29,022 bases of DNA from an uncultured Candidatus Saccharibacteria bacterium. GTDB lineage: Bacteria > Patescibacteriota > Minisyncoccia > Portnoybacterales > UBA2143. Made by a program: the position numbers and the translations under genes. The DNA lies in contig CAYFWT010000013.1 in assembly GCA_964346955.1 (NCBI GenBank), forward strand, positions 1 through 29,022, written 5' to 3'. Shown here in pieces: positions 1 to 8,159 of the stretch. The first letter of the stretch is position 1. Every line of letters starts with the position of its first letter. A model generated the notes under the pieces. It was given only the letters and a program-made list of their open reading frames with translations, did no database searches and had not been told where the DNA came from.

Positions 1-771
1 ATTTTATTTTTCACTGACCAAGGACGCGTTTTTCAGGCTAAGGCCTACGAGATTCCCGAAGCGAGTAGAGTGGCTCGTGGCCAAGCTATTGTCAATATCC
101 TTCAGCTAAGCTCAGCTGAACAGGTTACCGCCGTTATTGCTATCGGCAAAGACCAAGAGATGAAATATTTGGTTATGGCCACTGAAAATGGTATAATTAA
201 GAGAACGAAGATAGAAGAATTTAGCCATGTTCGAAGAAGTGGTTTGGCGGCCATTAATTTGAGAAAGGGAGATAAGTTAAAGTGGGCCAAGCTTACTTCT
301 GGTCAAGACGAAATTATTTTAGTTACTGCTAAGGGCCAAAGTATCCGTTTTAAGGAAGGCGAGGTCAGGCCAATGGGACGAGCAGCCGCCGGGGTGAAAG
401 GAATTAGTTTGAGGGAAGATGATAAATTGGTTAGAATGGATATAATAGAGAAGGAACTGAGAAATAGAAATTTAAAATTATTGGTGGTCACTGAGGATGG
501 GTTTGGTAAAAAGACTAATTTAAGGTATTATAAATTACAGAAGAGAGGAGGCTTGGGAATCAAGACAGCCAAACTGACTAAAAGAACTGGAGATATTGTC
601 GCTAGTCAGATTTTAAGAGAGGAGCAGGAAGATTTAATCGCCATATCTCAGAAGGGACAAGCTATTAGAACCAAACTTAAAGATATTCCCTCTTTAGGTC
701 GGGCTACCCAAGGGGTTAAAGTTATGAAGGTGGCTAGGGGAGATAAAGTAGCCTCGATAGCCTGTATATAG
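1..771 (+). CDS. gyrA: DNA gyrase subunit A, C-terminal beta-pinwheel domain (5' end lies outside the window)
   Basis: The reading frame is open from base 1. The translation TDQGRVFQAKAYEIPEASRVARGQAIVNIL matches the conserved YxLPEAxRxARGrpIVNLL segment at the start of the GyrA CTD. Repeated blade-like segments follow (e.g. KRGGLGIK). The stop codon is at 769-771. Confidence 0.8.
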   Translation: MLFFTDQGRVFQAKAYEIPEASRVARGQAIVNILQLSSAEQVTAVIAIGKDQEMKYLVMATENGIIKRTKIEEFSHVRRSGLAAINLRKGDKLKWAKLTSGQDEIILVTAKGQSIRFKEGEVRPMGRAAAGVKGISLREDDKLVRMDIIEKELRNRNLKLLVVTEDGFGKKTNLRYYKLQKRGGLGIKTAKLTKRTGDIVASQILREEQEDLIAISQKGQAIRTKLKDIPSLGRATQGVKVMKVARGDKVASIACI

Positions 772-795
772 ATTTAATTAAAAATTAAAAATTTT

Positions 796-1338
796 ATGGA
801 GCAGGGGACTGGTGGCTTTCTCGAGCCAGAAAGCATTTTAGAACAAATAGATATCCGTGACACTATGGAGGTAGCTGATTTTGGTTGTGGTCGCGGATAT
901 TTTGCTATCCCCTTGGCTAAAATAGTTAATCAAGGCATAGTTTATGCCTTTGATGTACTGGGAGAAGCTTTAGAAGCAGTAAGGAGTCAAGCTAAATTAG
1001 AGAAGGTTTCTAACATTAAGACTATTCGTTGTAATCTCGAAATTTTAGAGAGTTCGAAATTAGGAGATGATTCAATGGATTTGGTTATCTTAGCTAATAT
1101 TTTATTTCAATCGCAAAAAAAACCCGAAATTTTAAAGGAAGCTAAGAGGGTTTTAAAAGAGGAGGGAGAATTGATTTTAATCGATTGGATTGCTGGCACT
1201 ACTTTGGCTCCCAAAGATGGCTGGTTGATTTCCAAAAAAGAAGCTCAACAATTAGTTGAAGCTGAGGGATTAGCCCTGGATAGAGAATTGGCCGTAGATA
1301 ATCAGCATTATGGATTAGTTTTTAGAAAACTTGACTAA
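796..1338 (+). CDS. Class I SAM-dependent methyltransferase
   Basis: Motif I is VADFGCGRGYF (GxGxG). An acidic residue ends beta2 (YAFDV) and the motif II-like segment is LKEEGELILIDW. The start is an ATG. Confidence 0.65.
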   Translation: MEQGTGGFLEPESILEQIDIRDTMEVADFGCGRGYFAIPLAKIVNQGIVYAFDVLGEALEAVRSQAKLEKVSNIKTIRCNLEILESSKLGDDSMDLVILANILFQSQKKPEILKEAKRVLKEEGELILIDWIAGTTLAPKDGWLISKKEAQQLVEAEGLALDRELAVDNQHYGLVFRKLD

Positions 1339-1470
1339 AATTTTCAATTTTCAATTTGGCCGAACCATCCCAAGGCCTAACAAACCTATCACAAGATGGG
1401 CTATTATTTAAAAATTGATTAATTGAAAATTCATTGGAAATTGAAAATTGGTAATTGAAAATTATTAGAT
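1339..1470. repeat. AT-rich inverted low-complexity repeat: AAATTTTCAATTTTCAATTT ... (AATTGAAAATT)x3, flanking about 60 bp
   Basis: The left arm (1339-1360) is the reverse complement of the tandem AATTGAAAATT units at 1421-1467. It belongs to the same GGAAATT / CAAATCACAAA low-complexity family seen at 10061-10116, 12651-12680, 21199-21313 and 22548-22640. Confidence 0.6.
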
Positions 1471-1479
1471 TTCCTGCTT

Positions 1480-2781
1480 GTGCCTAAAGCAAAAATCACC
1501 ACTCTCTATACTATTCTTATCCCCATCCTTATTTTCGGTTTGGCGGCTACTTTCCCTGGCTGCAAGGAAAAGGGACCCAAAAAGGCAGAACTAGAATTTT
1601 GGGGAGTTTTTGATGACTCAGATGTTTTCCGGCCCTTAATTAGTGATTTTAGTAGAGGATTTGCCCAAATTAAAATTAAATATTACAAAAAAAACTATCA
1701 AACTTACGAACAAGATCTCTTAGAAGCAATGGCCAGCGGCCGAGGCCCAGATATTTTTATGATGCACCACACTTGGCTGCCTAGATATGAAGATAAAATT
1801 ATCGCTGCTCCTTCAAAACTACTTCCTCTGAAAGAATTCAAAGACAGCTTTGCTGATGTCGTCATTAATGACTTTGTTAAAGGTAGCTATATCACAGCTA
1901 TTCCTTTGAGCATCGATACTTTAGCTCTTTATTATAATAAAGATATTTTTAATAACAGCGGCATTCCTCAGCCGCCGGCCACCTGGGAAGAACTTCTGAC
2001 TGATGTAGAAAAAACGACCGTTAAAGATGACAGAGGAAATATTATTCGAGGAGGGGCAGCCTTAGGGACAGCTCGTAATGTTAATCGCTCTACTGATATT
2101 CTTTCCCTCTTAATGCTTCAGTCTGGAGCACAAATGGTTAATCCAGAGAGAACTAAAGCTATTTTTAATCAGTCAGTTGACTTTGAAGGAGAAAGATATT
2201 ATCCCGGAGAAAGAGCCCTAGAGTTTTATACTGACTTTGCCAACCCGCTTAAGTCGGTTTATGCCTGGAATACACGAATGCATTATTCTATCGATGCTTT
2301 TTATGAAGGAAAAGTAGCTATGATGTTAAATTATTCTTATCATCTGCCGACTATTCAAGCCAGGTCCCCCTATTTAAACTTTGCCGTTGCTCCAATGCCC
2401 CAGATTAAGACCGCCACCCAAGACGTTAATTACGCTAATTATTGGGGATTGGCTGTTTCTCGTAACTCTCTAAGTTCTGAGACGGCTTGGCAATTTATCA
2501 TTTGGTTGACTCAAAAAGAAAATGCCCAGAAGTATTTATATGCTACTAGAAAACCTCCCGCTCGTCGTGATTTAATTCTTTGGCAGAAGGATGATCCAGA
2601 CTTGGGTATTTTTGCCGAACAGGTATTGACTGCTCACTCTTGGTATCAAGTGGATAACTCAGCTATTGAAACTATTTTAGCTGATGTGATAGAATCAGTA
2701 GTATTAGGTGAGGCAACAGTTGAAGATGCTATTAATAAAGCAGTCAGCCAAGTAACTCTTTTGATGCAGGAGAAAAAGTAA
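1480..2781 (+). CDS. Extracellular solute-binding protein (ABC transporter substrate-binding family 1, sugar-type), probably a lipoprotein
   Basis: GTG start. The N-terminal signal peptide ends in ...LAATFPGC. It is 433 aa with an SBP family-1-like N-terminus (ELEFWGVFDDSDVFRPLISDF ... YEQDLLEAMASGRGPDIFMM). Confidence 0.55.
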   Translation: MPKAKITTLYTILIPILIFGLAATFPGCKEKGPKKAELEFWGVFDDSDVFRPLISDFSRGFAQIKIKYYKKNYQTYEQDLLEAMASGRGPDIFMMHHTWLPRYEDKIIAAPSKLLPLKEFKDSFADVVINDFVKGSYITAIPLSIDTLALYYNKDIFNNSGIPQPPATWEELLTDVEKTTVKDDRGNIIRGGAALGTARNVNRSTDILSLLMLQSGAQMVNPERTKAIFNQSVDFEGERYYPGERALEFYTDFANPLKSVYAWNTRMHYSIDAFYEGKVAMMLNYSYHLPTIQARSPYLNFAVAPMPQIKTATQDVNYANYWGLAVSRNSLSSETAWQFIIWLTQKENAQKYLYATRKPPARRDLILWQKDDPDLGIFAEQVLTAHSWYQVDNSAIETILADVIESVVLGEATVEDAINKAVSQVTLLMQEKK

Positions 2782-2785
2782 GTCA

Positions 2786-3196
2786 ATGAAAAACTATCAG
2801 AAAATTTTAACCAGTTGTTTAATAATATTTAGTTGTATTTGGGCAGCCAATGCTTGGGCAGCTATAGTTCCTTGCGGCACTGAAGAGAATCCAGAGCCTT
2901 GTGCTCTTTGTCATCTCTGGCAGCTGGGCAGCAATATCATCAACTTTATTGTTTGGCAATTGTCCATTCCTGTGGCCGCTCTTTTATTTATTTCCGCCGG
3001 TGTTATTTTTATGACTTCTGGCGGCAGTGAAGAAAGAGTCGGCTTAGGGAAAAAGATTTTTCTTAATACAGCTATTGGTTTGATTATTGTTTTCTGCTCT
3101 TGGCTTTTAATTGATACTATATTTAAGACTCTGGCCAGCGGAGAATTTAGCGCTGCTTGGAACAAATTTCCTTCTTGTTTAGCACCACCGACTTAA
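2786..3196 (+). CDS. Small secreted two-helix membrane protein, VirB2/TrbC-like (T4SS-pilin-like) topology, paralog 1
   Basis: Signal peptide (MKNYQKILTSCLIIFSCIWAANAWA), then helix1 (IPVAALLFISAGVIFMTSGGSEE), a short polar loop and helix2 (KKIFLNTAIGLIIVFCSWLL). The architecture and the GG[S/D] loop are shared with the two downstream paralogs. Confidence 0.45.
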   Translation: MKNYQKILTSCLIIFSCIWAANAWAAIVPCGTEENPEPCALCHLWQLGSNIINFIVWQLSIPVAALLFISAGVIFMTSGGSEERVGLGKKIFLNTAIGLIIVFCSWLLIDTIFKTLASGEFSAAWNKFPSCLAPPT

Positions 3197-3207
3197 AAAT
3201 TATATCT

Positions 3208-3573
3208 ATGCTTAGAAATAATTTTAAAAATTTACCCTTTTTATTTTTTATTTTAACATTTTTTATAATTGGTCTGCCGCTGATTGGGATTAAAGCTCAA
3301 GCCCCTCCGCCTACGGAAATAGAGAATCCGCTGGGGACAGAAGATTTTGAGGAATTAGTCAGTCGTATTGCCACTTGGGTTTTTAATATTGGCATTGCCT
3401 TAGCTACGGTGGTCTTTCTTTGGAGCGGTTTTCAGTTTTTGATTTCAGGTGGCAGTGATCCAAAGGTAGCCAAGGCTAAAAAAACAATGTTTTGGGCAGT
3501 GGTTGGTTTAATTATTTGTTTATGTGGGGCAGGTATAACCACCTTGATTAAAGAATTTTTAGGAGCTAGTTAA
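3208..3573 (+). CDS. Small secreted two-helix membrane protein, VirB2/TrbC-like, paralog 2
   Basis: The track ORF 3157-3573 overlaps the previous gene, so the internal ATG at 3208 (MLRNNFKNLPFLFFILTFFIIGLPLIGIKAQA, a signal peptide) is preferred. It continues as ...WVFNIGIALATVVFLWSGFQFLISGGSDPKVAKAKKTMFWAVVGLIICL. Confidence 0.45.
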   Translation: MLRNNFKNLPFLFFILTFFIIGLPLIGIKAQAPPPTEIENPLGTEDFEELVSRIATWVFNIGIALATVVFLWSGFQFLISGGSDPKVAKAKKTMFWAVVGLIICLCGAGITTLIKEFLGAS

Positions 3574-3612
3574 ATAACTTAAAATTAAAAGAAAGGGGGT
3601 GAATTAAATTAA

Positions 3613-3948
3613 ATGAAAAGAAAAATTATTGCCGGTCTATCCTTGATGTCTTTATGGGGGTTTGCTTTACCGGTTTTTGCTCAGGTAGAGCCGCCGCCTG
3701 AACCAGTAACTTCTATAGAAGACATAATCAACTTAATAGATACAGCGGCAACTTGGCTTTTCACTATCATTTTAGCTGTTGCCGTAGTTATGTTACTGTA
3801 TGCTGCTTTCAGATGGATGACAGCCGGGGGAGATGAAACAGCCATAGCCTCATCCAGAAAACTGTTAATTTATGCTTTAGTTGGTATCGGTATTGCCTTT
3901 TTGGCTAAGGGTTTAGTTTCAGTAATCAGGCAGTTAGTGGGAGCTTAG
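3613..3948 (+). CDS. Small secreted two-helix membrane protein, VirB2/TrbC-like, paralog 3
   Basis: A strong SD (AAAGGGGGTGA) precedes the ATG. Signal peptide MKRKIIAGLSLMSLWGFALPVFAQ. Then WLFTIILAVAVVMLLYAAFRWMTAGGDE, a loop, and RKLLIYALVGIGIAFLAKGL. Confidence 0.5.
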   Translation: MKRKIIAGLSLMSLWGFALPVFAQVEPPPEPVTSIEDIINLIDTAATWLFTIILAVAVVMLLYAAFRWMTAGGDETAIASSRKLLIYALVGIGIAFLAKGLVSVIRQLVGA

Positions 3949-4015
3949 CTAGAGTCTAAAAGAAGATATTTTCAAGGATTGATTTCTAATCCGGCATTTT
4001 TTAGTTTAAAAAAAG

Positions 4016-4050
4016 AAAGCCAGGAAAGCATCTCTGCTTGCCTGGCTTTT
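4016..4050. terminator. Bidirectional rho-independent terminator between convergent genes
   Basis: Stem AAAGCCAGGAAAGCA / TGCTTGCCTGGCTTT with loop TCTC, flanked by A-run 4008-4017 on the left and TTTT on the right. It lies 68 nt after the 3948 stop and 11 nt after the 4061 stop of the minus-strand gene. Confidence 0.6.
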
Positions 4051-4060
4051 GGTGTCTTTA

Positions 4061-5113
4061 TTACCTCCTTCGTTTCCTCCAGGTCTTAATTTGGACCTGG
4101 ACCATCAGCTCTTTCCCTGCGTCATTTTTCAGTTCAATCACCCCGTCACCTACGGCTGACCCAGTTACACAAACTCGCTTCTTGATGAGAAAAGAAGGGA
4201 TCTTTTCCTTATTGATGAACCAGTATTTTCCTGGTGGGGAAGTGAGCTGAGTTAGTCTTATTACCTCGCCTTTCTGGTACCGTAATTGTCGGCCCTTGGC
4301 ATCCTTGCCGACTATCTCCTCTCCGATGGGCAGTTTGAAAATACCAATTAGCTGCCGAACTTTCTTAGGTCGAACTTCCTTAGCTTGGGCTTCAGGCCTA
4401 GACCACAATTTTTTCCAGTTTATCCGCTTTTCCGGTAGCACCGCATATATCTTTTGAATGGTTGCTTTCAACTTGTCTGTTCTTTTCAGCTCGGCCTTCG
4501 AAAGGATTCTCTTCTTGCTCTCCTTGGCGAGCATATTTAGTTCCCTGAGGAAAGGTCTGGCCTGATGGTCTTTGGCGAGCCTCTCGATATTTGCTATAGC
4601 CAGTTCAACTTTCGAGTTCATTAATCTAGAGAGCGCTGCCCTATCCAGGTTAGCGGCAAATTCTCCCCAGAAGAGTCCAAGGCAGATCATTGTTCCGGCA
4701 ATGGCAAATAAATAGACAAACTGCATTTCCAAGAGTATTCGAGAAAGCCGCTTCTCAAAAGGCTTCTTTTTATTGGTGATGCCACATAAGACGAAGACGG
4801 AAAGCTCCAAGGCTAAGAGAGGTTTCCAGTAGACTTTCCAAATTTCTCCCGAGGTCTCCCAAAACAGAAGGGCAAACCCTATATGGAGAAATCCCCAGGC
4901 CACCGGATTGGCAAAGGCAGGCTTGAAATAGTTCCACCAAAAAGGACCTGGACCTAAGTAAATCATTCCTCCTATTAAGATGATAGTCAGCAGGATAAGG
5001 CCTACTAAGATAAGAAGGCCCTTGAAAAGCCCTACTCCTACCATTGAGGAGAAAATGGCTATTACCACAAAGAGTATTCCTAAGACAGTCAATCCGATTC
5101 TATATCTACTCAT
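4061..5113 (-). CDS. Polytopic membrane protein with a charged coiled region and a small C-terminal domain; partner of the SPFH gene (possibly NfeD-like)
   Basis: 350 aa with about 5 N-terminal TM helices, a K/R/E-rich middle part and a C-terminal segment (VCVTGSAVGDGVIELKNDAGKELMVQVQI). Its start overlaps the upstream SPFH gene by 4 bp (ATGA), which implies an operon. Confidence 0.5.
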   Translation of the reverse strand: MSRYRIGLTVLGILFVVIAIFSSMVGVGLFKGLLILVGLILLTIILIGGMIYLGPGPFWWNYFKPAFANPVAWGFLHIGFALLFWETSGEIWKVYWKPLLALELSVFVLCGITNKKKPFEKRLSRILLEMQFVYLFAIAGTMICLGLFWGEFAANLDRAALSRLMNSKVELAIANIERLAKDHQARPFLRELNMLAKESKKRILSKAELKRTDKLKATIQKIYAVLPEKRINWKKLWSRPEAQAKEVRPKKVRQLIGIFKLPIGEEIVGKDAKGRQLRYQKGEVIRLTQLTSPPGKYWFINKEKIPSFLIKKRVCVTGSAVGDGVIELKNDAGKELMVQVQIKTWRKRRR

Positions 5114-6108
5114 TTTTCCTCACTCCTTTCTTTGGCTTCTTGATTCTTTGTCTCTTGATAAGTTCGGACTGCGTTGACTACGATATCAACTAGATTGGTC
5201 ACCACATCCCGAGCCATATCCATCATGACGATTTTGGTTGGGTCGGATTTTGTCGCCTCAATAATCCTGCTCAACTCTACACCTTTATGACGAGCTACCT
5301 CTTTCCTTCTTTTGGTCACTGTTTCGTATTCGGCGGCTGTCCTGACTTCTTCAGGCGGTAAAATCTTTTGGATTTCTATGGCCTCAGCTTTAATGCCCAG
5401 GAAATTCTCGACTTCCTCGTTGAACCTATCTCTCACTTCTCCTCCCATCTTTCGGAGTTGACCCTCAGAAAATTTGGTAAGTTTTTGCTGGGTTTCCTCC
5501 GAACACCTCTGGTTAATGAAAACGGTGGCTGCCTGGTCTTCAAATTCTATTCTGTTGCCATTGACTTTAACCGCAAATAGAGCCGGGTCAGAGACAATCG
5601 TTACGATTCGCCAGTCAATAATAGCTGTTTGATTGTCAGCTGTATTGACGGTAATCGCTTTAGGGTCTCTTGGTTGAGGTGATAAATCGACACAATCAAC
5701 GTCAATGTGAAGAAGATAGGGAAGATACCAATTCCATCCCTCTCTTCTTATTTTGTAGCCAAACCGCCTCCCTTTTTTATCAACCTTATCTATGTTAGAC
5801 CCCCAAGCACTTCTCAAGACCCAAGCATAATTGGCCGGTATATTTCTGACAATCCCGCCGAGAAGCCAATCTTTTCTTTTCTCTTCCTTGACTTCTTCTT
5901 TCTCTCCGGCTTCTTCTCTTTTTTTTGCGGCCATGGCTGCCCCGCCGAATAAAAGAATCAGCAAGAGCAAGGCGACAAATCCAAGGAACAGTTTTGTCCC
6001 AGTGGAGAATTGGATTCGTTGGATAAGAAGATAGCTTCCAAGAACCATGGCCAACATGCCTAAAGTAAACCATCCTTCTCTTTGTAAAAATTCTCTCATT
6101 GCAATCAC
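5110..6108 (-). CDS. SPFH / band-7 (stomatin-prohibitin-flotillin-HflK/C) domain membrane protein
   Basis: Two N-terminal TM segments. The SPFH core has PQPRDPKAITVNTADNQTAIIDWRIVTIVSDPALFAV and IKAEAIEIQKILPPEEVRTAAE, which match the stomatin VxTKDNVxVxVDAVVYYRVxDP and VxRVEIQRIDPPxxVQxAME blocks. SD AAAGGAG lies 8 nt upstream of the ATG. Confidence 0.8.
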   Translation of the reverse strand: MIAMREFLQREGWFTLGMLAMVLGSYLLIQRIQFSTGTKLFLGFVALLLLILLFGGAAMAAKKREEAGEKEEVKEEKRKDWLLGGIVRNIPANYAWVLRSAWGSNIDKVDKKGRRFGYKIRREGWNWYLPYLLHIDVDCVDLSPQPRDPKAITVNTADNQTAIIDWRIVTIVSDPALFAVKVNGNRIEFEDQAATVFINQRCSEETQQKLTKFSEGQLRKMGGEVRDRFNEEVENFLGIKAEAIEIQKILPPEEVRTAAEYETVTKRRKEVARHKGVELSRIIEATKSDPTKIVMMDMARDVVTNLVDIVVNAVRTYQETKNQEAKERSEEK

Positions 6109-6191
6109 TCCTTTCTCTTCAGTAATGAATAGTTATTCTTAAGTTAAAGAACCTATTAAATCCCTCCTTTGGCTAAATTTTATTTTCCCAT

Positions 6192-6220
6192 ATTATATAC
6201 AATATATATAAAAAAGTCAA
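6192..6220 (-). promoter_or_regulatory. Consensus sigma70-type promoter TTGACT-N17-TATAAT for the SPFH operon
   Basis: On the minus strand, -35 TTGACT lies at 6215-6220 and -10 TATAAT at 6192-6197, with a 17 nt spacer. This is about 85 nt upstream of the 6108 start. Confidence 0.55.
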
Positions 6221-6223
6221 GGG

Positions 6224-6252
6224 TTGATTAATATTTTGAAAGGGTTTAGAAT
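6224..6252 (+). promoter_or_regulatory. sigma70-type promoter TTGATT-N17-TAGAAT for tRNA-Leu, back-to-back with the SPFH promoter
   Basis: -35 at 6224-6229, a 17 nt spacer, and -10 TAGAAT at 6247-6252, which is 8 nt before the mature tRNA 5' end at 6261. Only 3 bp separate the two divergent -35 hexamers. Confidence 0.55.
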
Positions 6253-6260
6253 ACAACTAA

Positions 6261-6344
6261 GCGGACGTAGCCGAATTGGTATAGGCGCATGGCTTAGGAC
6301 CATGTGGGAGTTATCCCGTGTGGGTTCGAGTCCCACCGTCCGCA
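6261..6344 (+). tRNA. tRNA-Leu (anticodon TAG), type II with a long variable arm; no encoded CCA
   Basis: Acceptor stem GCGGACG / CGTCCGC with discriminator A. D arm CCGAATTGGTATAGG. Anticodon stem CATGG / CCATG with loop CTTAGGA. Variable arm TGGGAGTTATCCCGTG. T arm GTGGG TTCGAGT CCCAC. Confidence 0.9.
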
Positions 6345-6348
6345 CCGT

Positions 6349-8079
6349 TTATTCAGCGTCTTCAGAAACCCCAGTCTCTACGGGATACAAATCCGGGGAT
6401 TGGTAATTAGAATAAAAGGTTTGTTCTTCAATTAATTCGTCTTTTTGATAGACTTCTTGAGTTAAGACGGTTTTCATCGAGCCGTCTTCTTTTGATTCTA
6501 AAACATAAGGTCCTTTGAGTTTAACCACTCGGCCATCATCAGTGCCATAAAAATTGAAAGTCAAGTAAGTTCCTTCAATGGCTGCCTGAATTAGAAGATG
6601 CCCTGGCGTGTTGTTGATAAAGCGCAAATCAGGATGAGGATCATAGACAGTGGCGTCAAAGCCATGGGGATAATAATATTCAACTGGAAAGGCATGAGGG
6701 GCTCGTTCGGTAATTTTTAAACCAGTATTAACTGCTGCCCGAAAAAAAGTGGTCGAAACTTGACAGAGCCCACCACCATATTCAGGAATAGTTTTCTTTC
6801 TCTTAATAACTAATTCTGGTAAAAACCCTCCTTCTGGGCCACTGTCACCTAAAAAAGTATTAAAAGAAAATTCTTCATCAGGGCTTAAGATTAAGCCATT
6901 AAATTTAGCCGCCCCAGTTTTAATATTATGGATGCGGTTTTTTGGTGAACCAGCAAAATTGGAAGTGCCCTGGCCAATTAAAGTGTTAATACCTAACTCA
7001 TTGGTTTGCTCTAGAGTTATTATCGCCAAGGTTTTTTGGGCAATAATAGTTGTTTTTTTAAGGGGGGGGCTAGCCAGGATATTTTGACTTAATTGAGCAG
7101 CCGTTTGGTTTATTTCTACTTTGATGCCGGCCTTGCCTGGAGAGAAAATAACCGCTCGATTCCCTTCTGTTTGAAGTTGAGCATTGACTAGCTGAGGCCC
7201 CAGGGCAAAAGCTATGTTAGTTAGATATTTTTTAATTTTTTCTTGGCTTAAGAAAAGGCCTAGAATAAAATTATCAGAATTCTCTTCTTTGATTGGCTCA
7301 AACTCTATCCAGTCAACCAAGCGTTTTTTATTAATAATCCAAGCTCTTCCTTCAAAGGTTAATTGAAAGGGTAAATTAGCTAAAATTTGCTGAGTTTTTT
7401 GACGAGCTAATTCAACCTCATTGTTTCTTATTGAGGGATAATCAACCACCAATTTTAAATTAATGGGAGAAAGAGAGAGAGATTGAATTTGCTTTGACAA
7501 CTCAGCTAATAATTGTTCTCTATCTATGGTGATGCCGTTGGTAGAATGAATAAGGATGAAATCATCGGACTCTTGGTCAAAGACTAGAGAAGCATTTTGA
7601 GCTAGCTTTTCAACCTCAGCAAATAGTTCGGCAGTTTTATTTTTAAATTTTTCCTCCTCAATTTTATAAACCGGCTTAAGATTATAGTGGCCAACCAAAG
7701 CAGCTAATTGTTCTTTGAAGCTAGCCAAGATATTTGGCTGTCGGCCAATTTGATAGGCCTGACTAATGGTGGCTTGATAATCAATTTGAAATCCTAAGTC
7801 GGTTAATTTAACTGACCAAGTCACTTCTTTTTCTAAGCTAGGAGAGTCTGGGGGGCCTTGGTAAAGAAGAGTTACTTCTTGATTGGTTAGATGAGCCCAT
7901 TTTTCTTTTAGAATTTCTTGAGAGGCTTGAGGATTATGCCCGCCAATATTAGCATCAGCAATCTTAATTCCCCAAGCAATTTTTTGATTATTGGCGACTT
8001 GGAGAAAGAAAGTTAGATAAACCAAGCTAACCAAAACAGCTAAACTAGCGATGGTTATTTGGCGATAGATTTTCTTCAT
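6349..8079 (-). CDS. VanW family protein
   Basis: N-terminal TM anchor. The C-terminal region GGGLCQVSTTFFRAAVNTGLKITERAPHAFPVEYYYPHGFDATV is characteristic of the VanW domain. Confidence 0.75.
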   Translation of the reverse strand: MKKIYRQITIASLAVLVSLVYLTFFLQVANNQKIAWGIKIADANIGGHNPQASQEILKEKWAHLTNQEVTLLYQGPPDSPSLEKEVTWSVKLTDLGFQIDYQATISQAYQIGRQPNILASFKEQLAALVGHYNLKPVYKIEEEKFKNKTAELFAEVEKLAQNASLVFDQESDDFILIHSTNGITIDREQLLAELSKQIQSLSLSPINLKLVVDYPSIRNNEVELARQKTQQILANLPFQLTFEGRAWIINKKRLVDWIEFEPIKEENSDNFILGLFLSQEKIKKYLTNIAFALGPQLVNAQLQTEGNRAVIFSPGKAGIKVEINQTAAQLSQNILASPPLKKTTIIAQKTLAIITLEQTNELGINTLIGQGTSNFAGSPKNRIHNIKTGAAKFNGLILSPDEEFSFNTFLGDSGPEGGFLPELVIKRKKTIPEYGGGLCQVSTTFFRAAVNTGLKITERAPHAFPVEYYYPHGFDATVYDPHPDLRFINNTPGHLLIQAAIEGTYLTFNFYGTDDGRVVKLKGPYVLESKEDGSMKTVLTQEVYQKDELIEEQTFYSNYQSPDLYPVETGVSEDAE

Positions 8080-8100
8080 ATTTTTATGATAGCATGACTA

Positions 8101-8134
8101 ACTAGATATAAATAGGACACCATCTCTGGTGCCC
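8101..8134 (-). terminator. Probable rho-independent terminator after hsp20
   Basis: On the minus-strand RNA: GGGCACCA-GAGA-TGGTGTCC followed by UAUUUAUAU. It lies 26 nt downstream of the hsp20 stop. Confidence 0.45.
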
Positions 8135-8159
8135 TTATTCCATTTACTGTTGGTTGATT

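Noticed and set aside
102-491. Two 62 aa minus-strand ORFs inside gyrA
   Set aside because: Antisense shadow ORFs within a well-supported coding frame.
2911-3165. 84 aa minus-strand ORF
   Set aside because: Antisense to the first VirB2-like gene, with no start context.
3157-3207. Upstream extension of the second VirB2-like gene (track start 3157)
   Set aside because: It overlaps the preceding gene by 40 nt. The internal ATG at 3208 gives a canonical signal peptide and removes the overlap.
4038-4250. 70 aa + ORF, and the + ORFs at 4980-5177, 5368-5580, 5707-5952, 5831-6034 and the - ORF at 5795-6073
   Set aside because: All lie inside or antisense to the SPFH-operon genes. Their composition is explained by the GC-richer coding strand opposite.
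6224-6406. Track ORF of 60 aa on the + strand
   Set aside because: It entirely overlaps the tRNA-Leu gene and its promoter, has no RBS, and its translation has no recognisable features. It is a spurious ORF.
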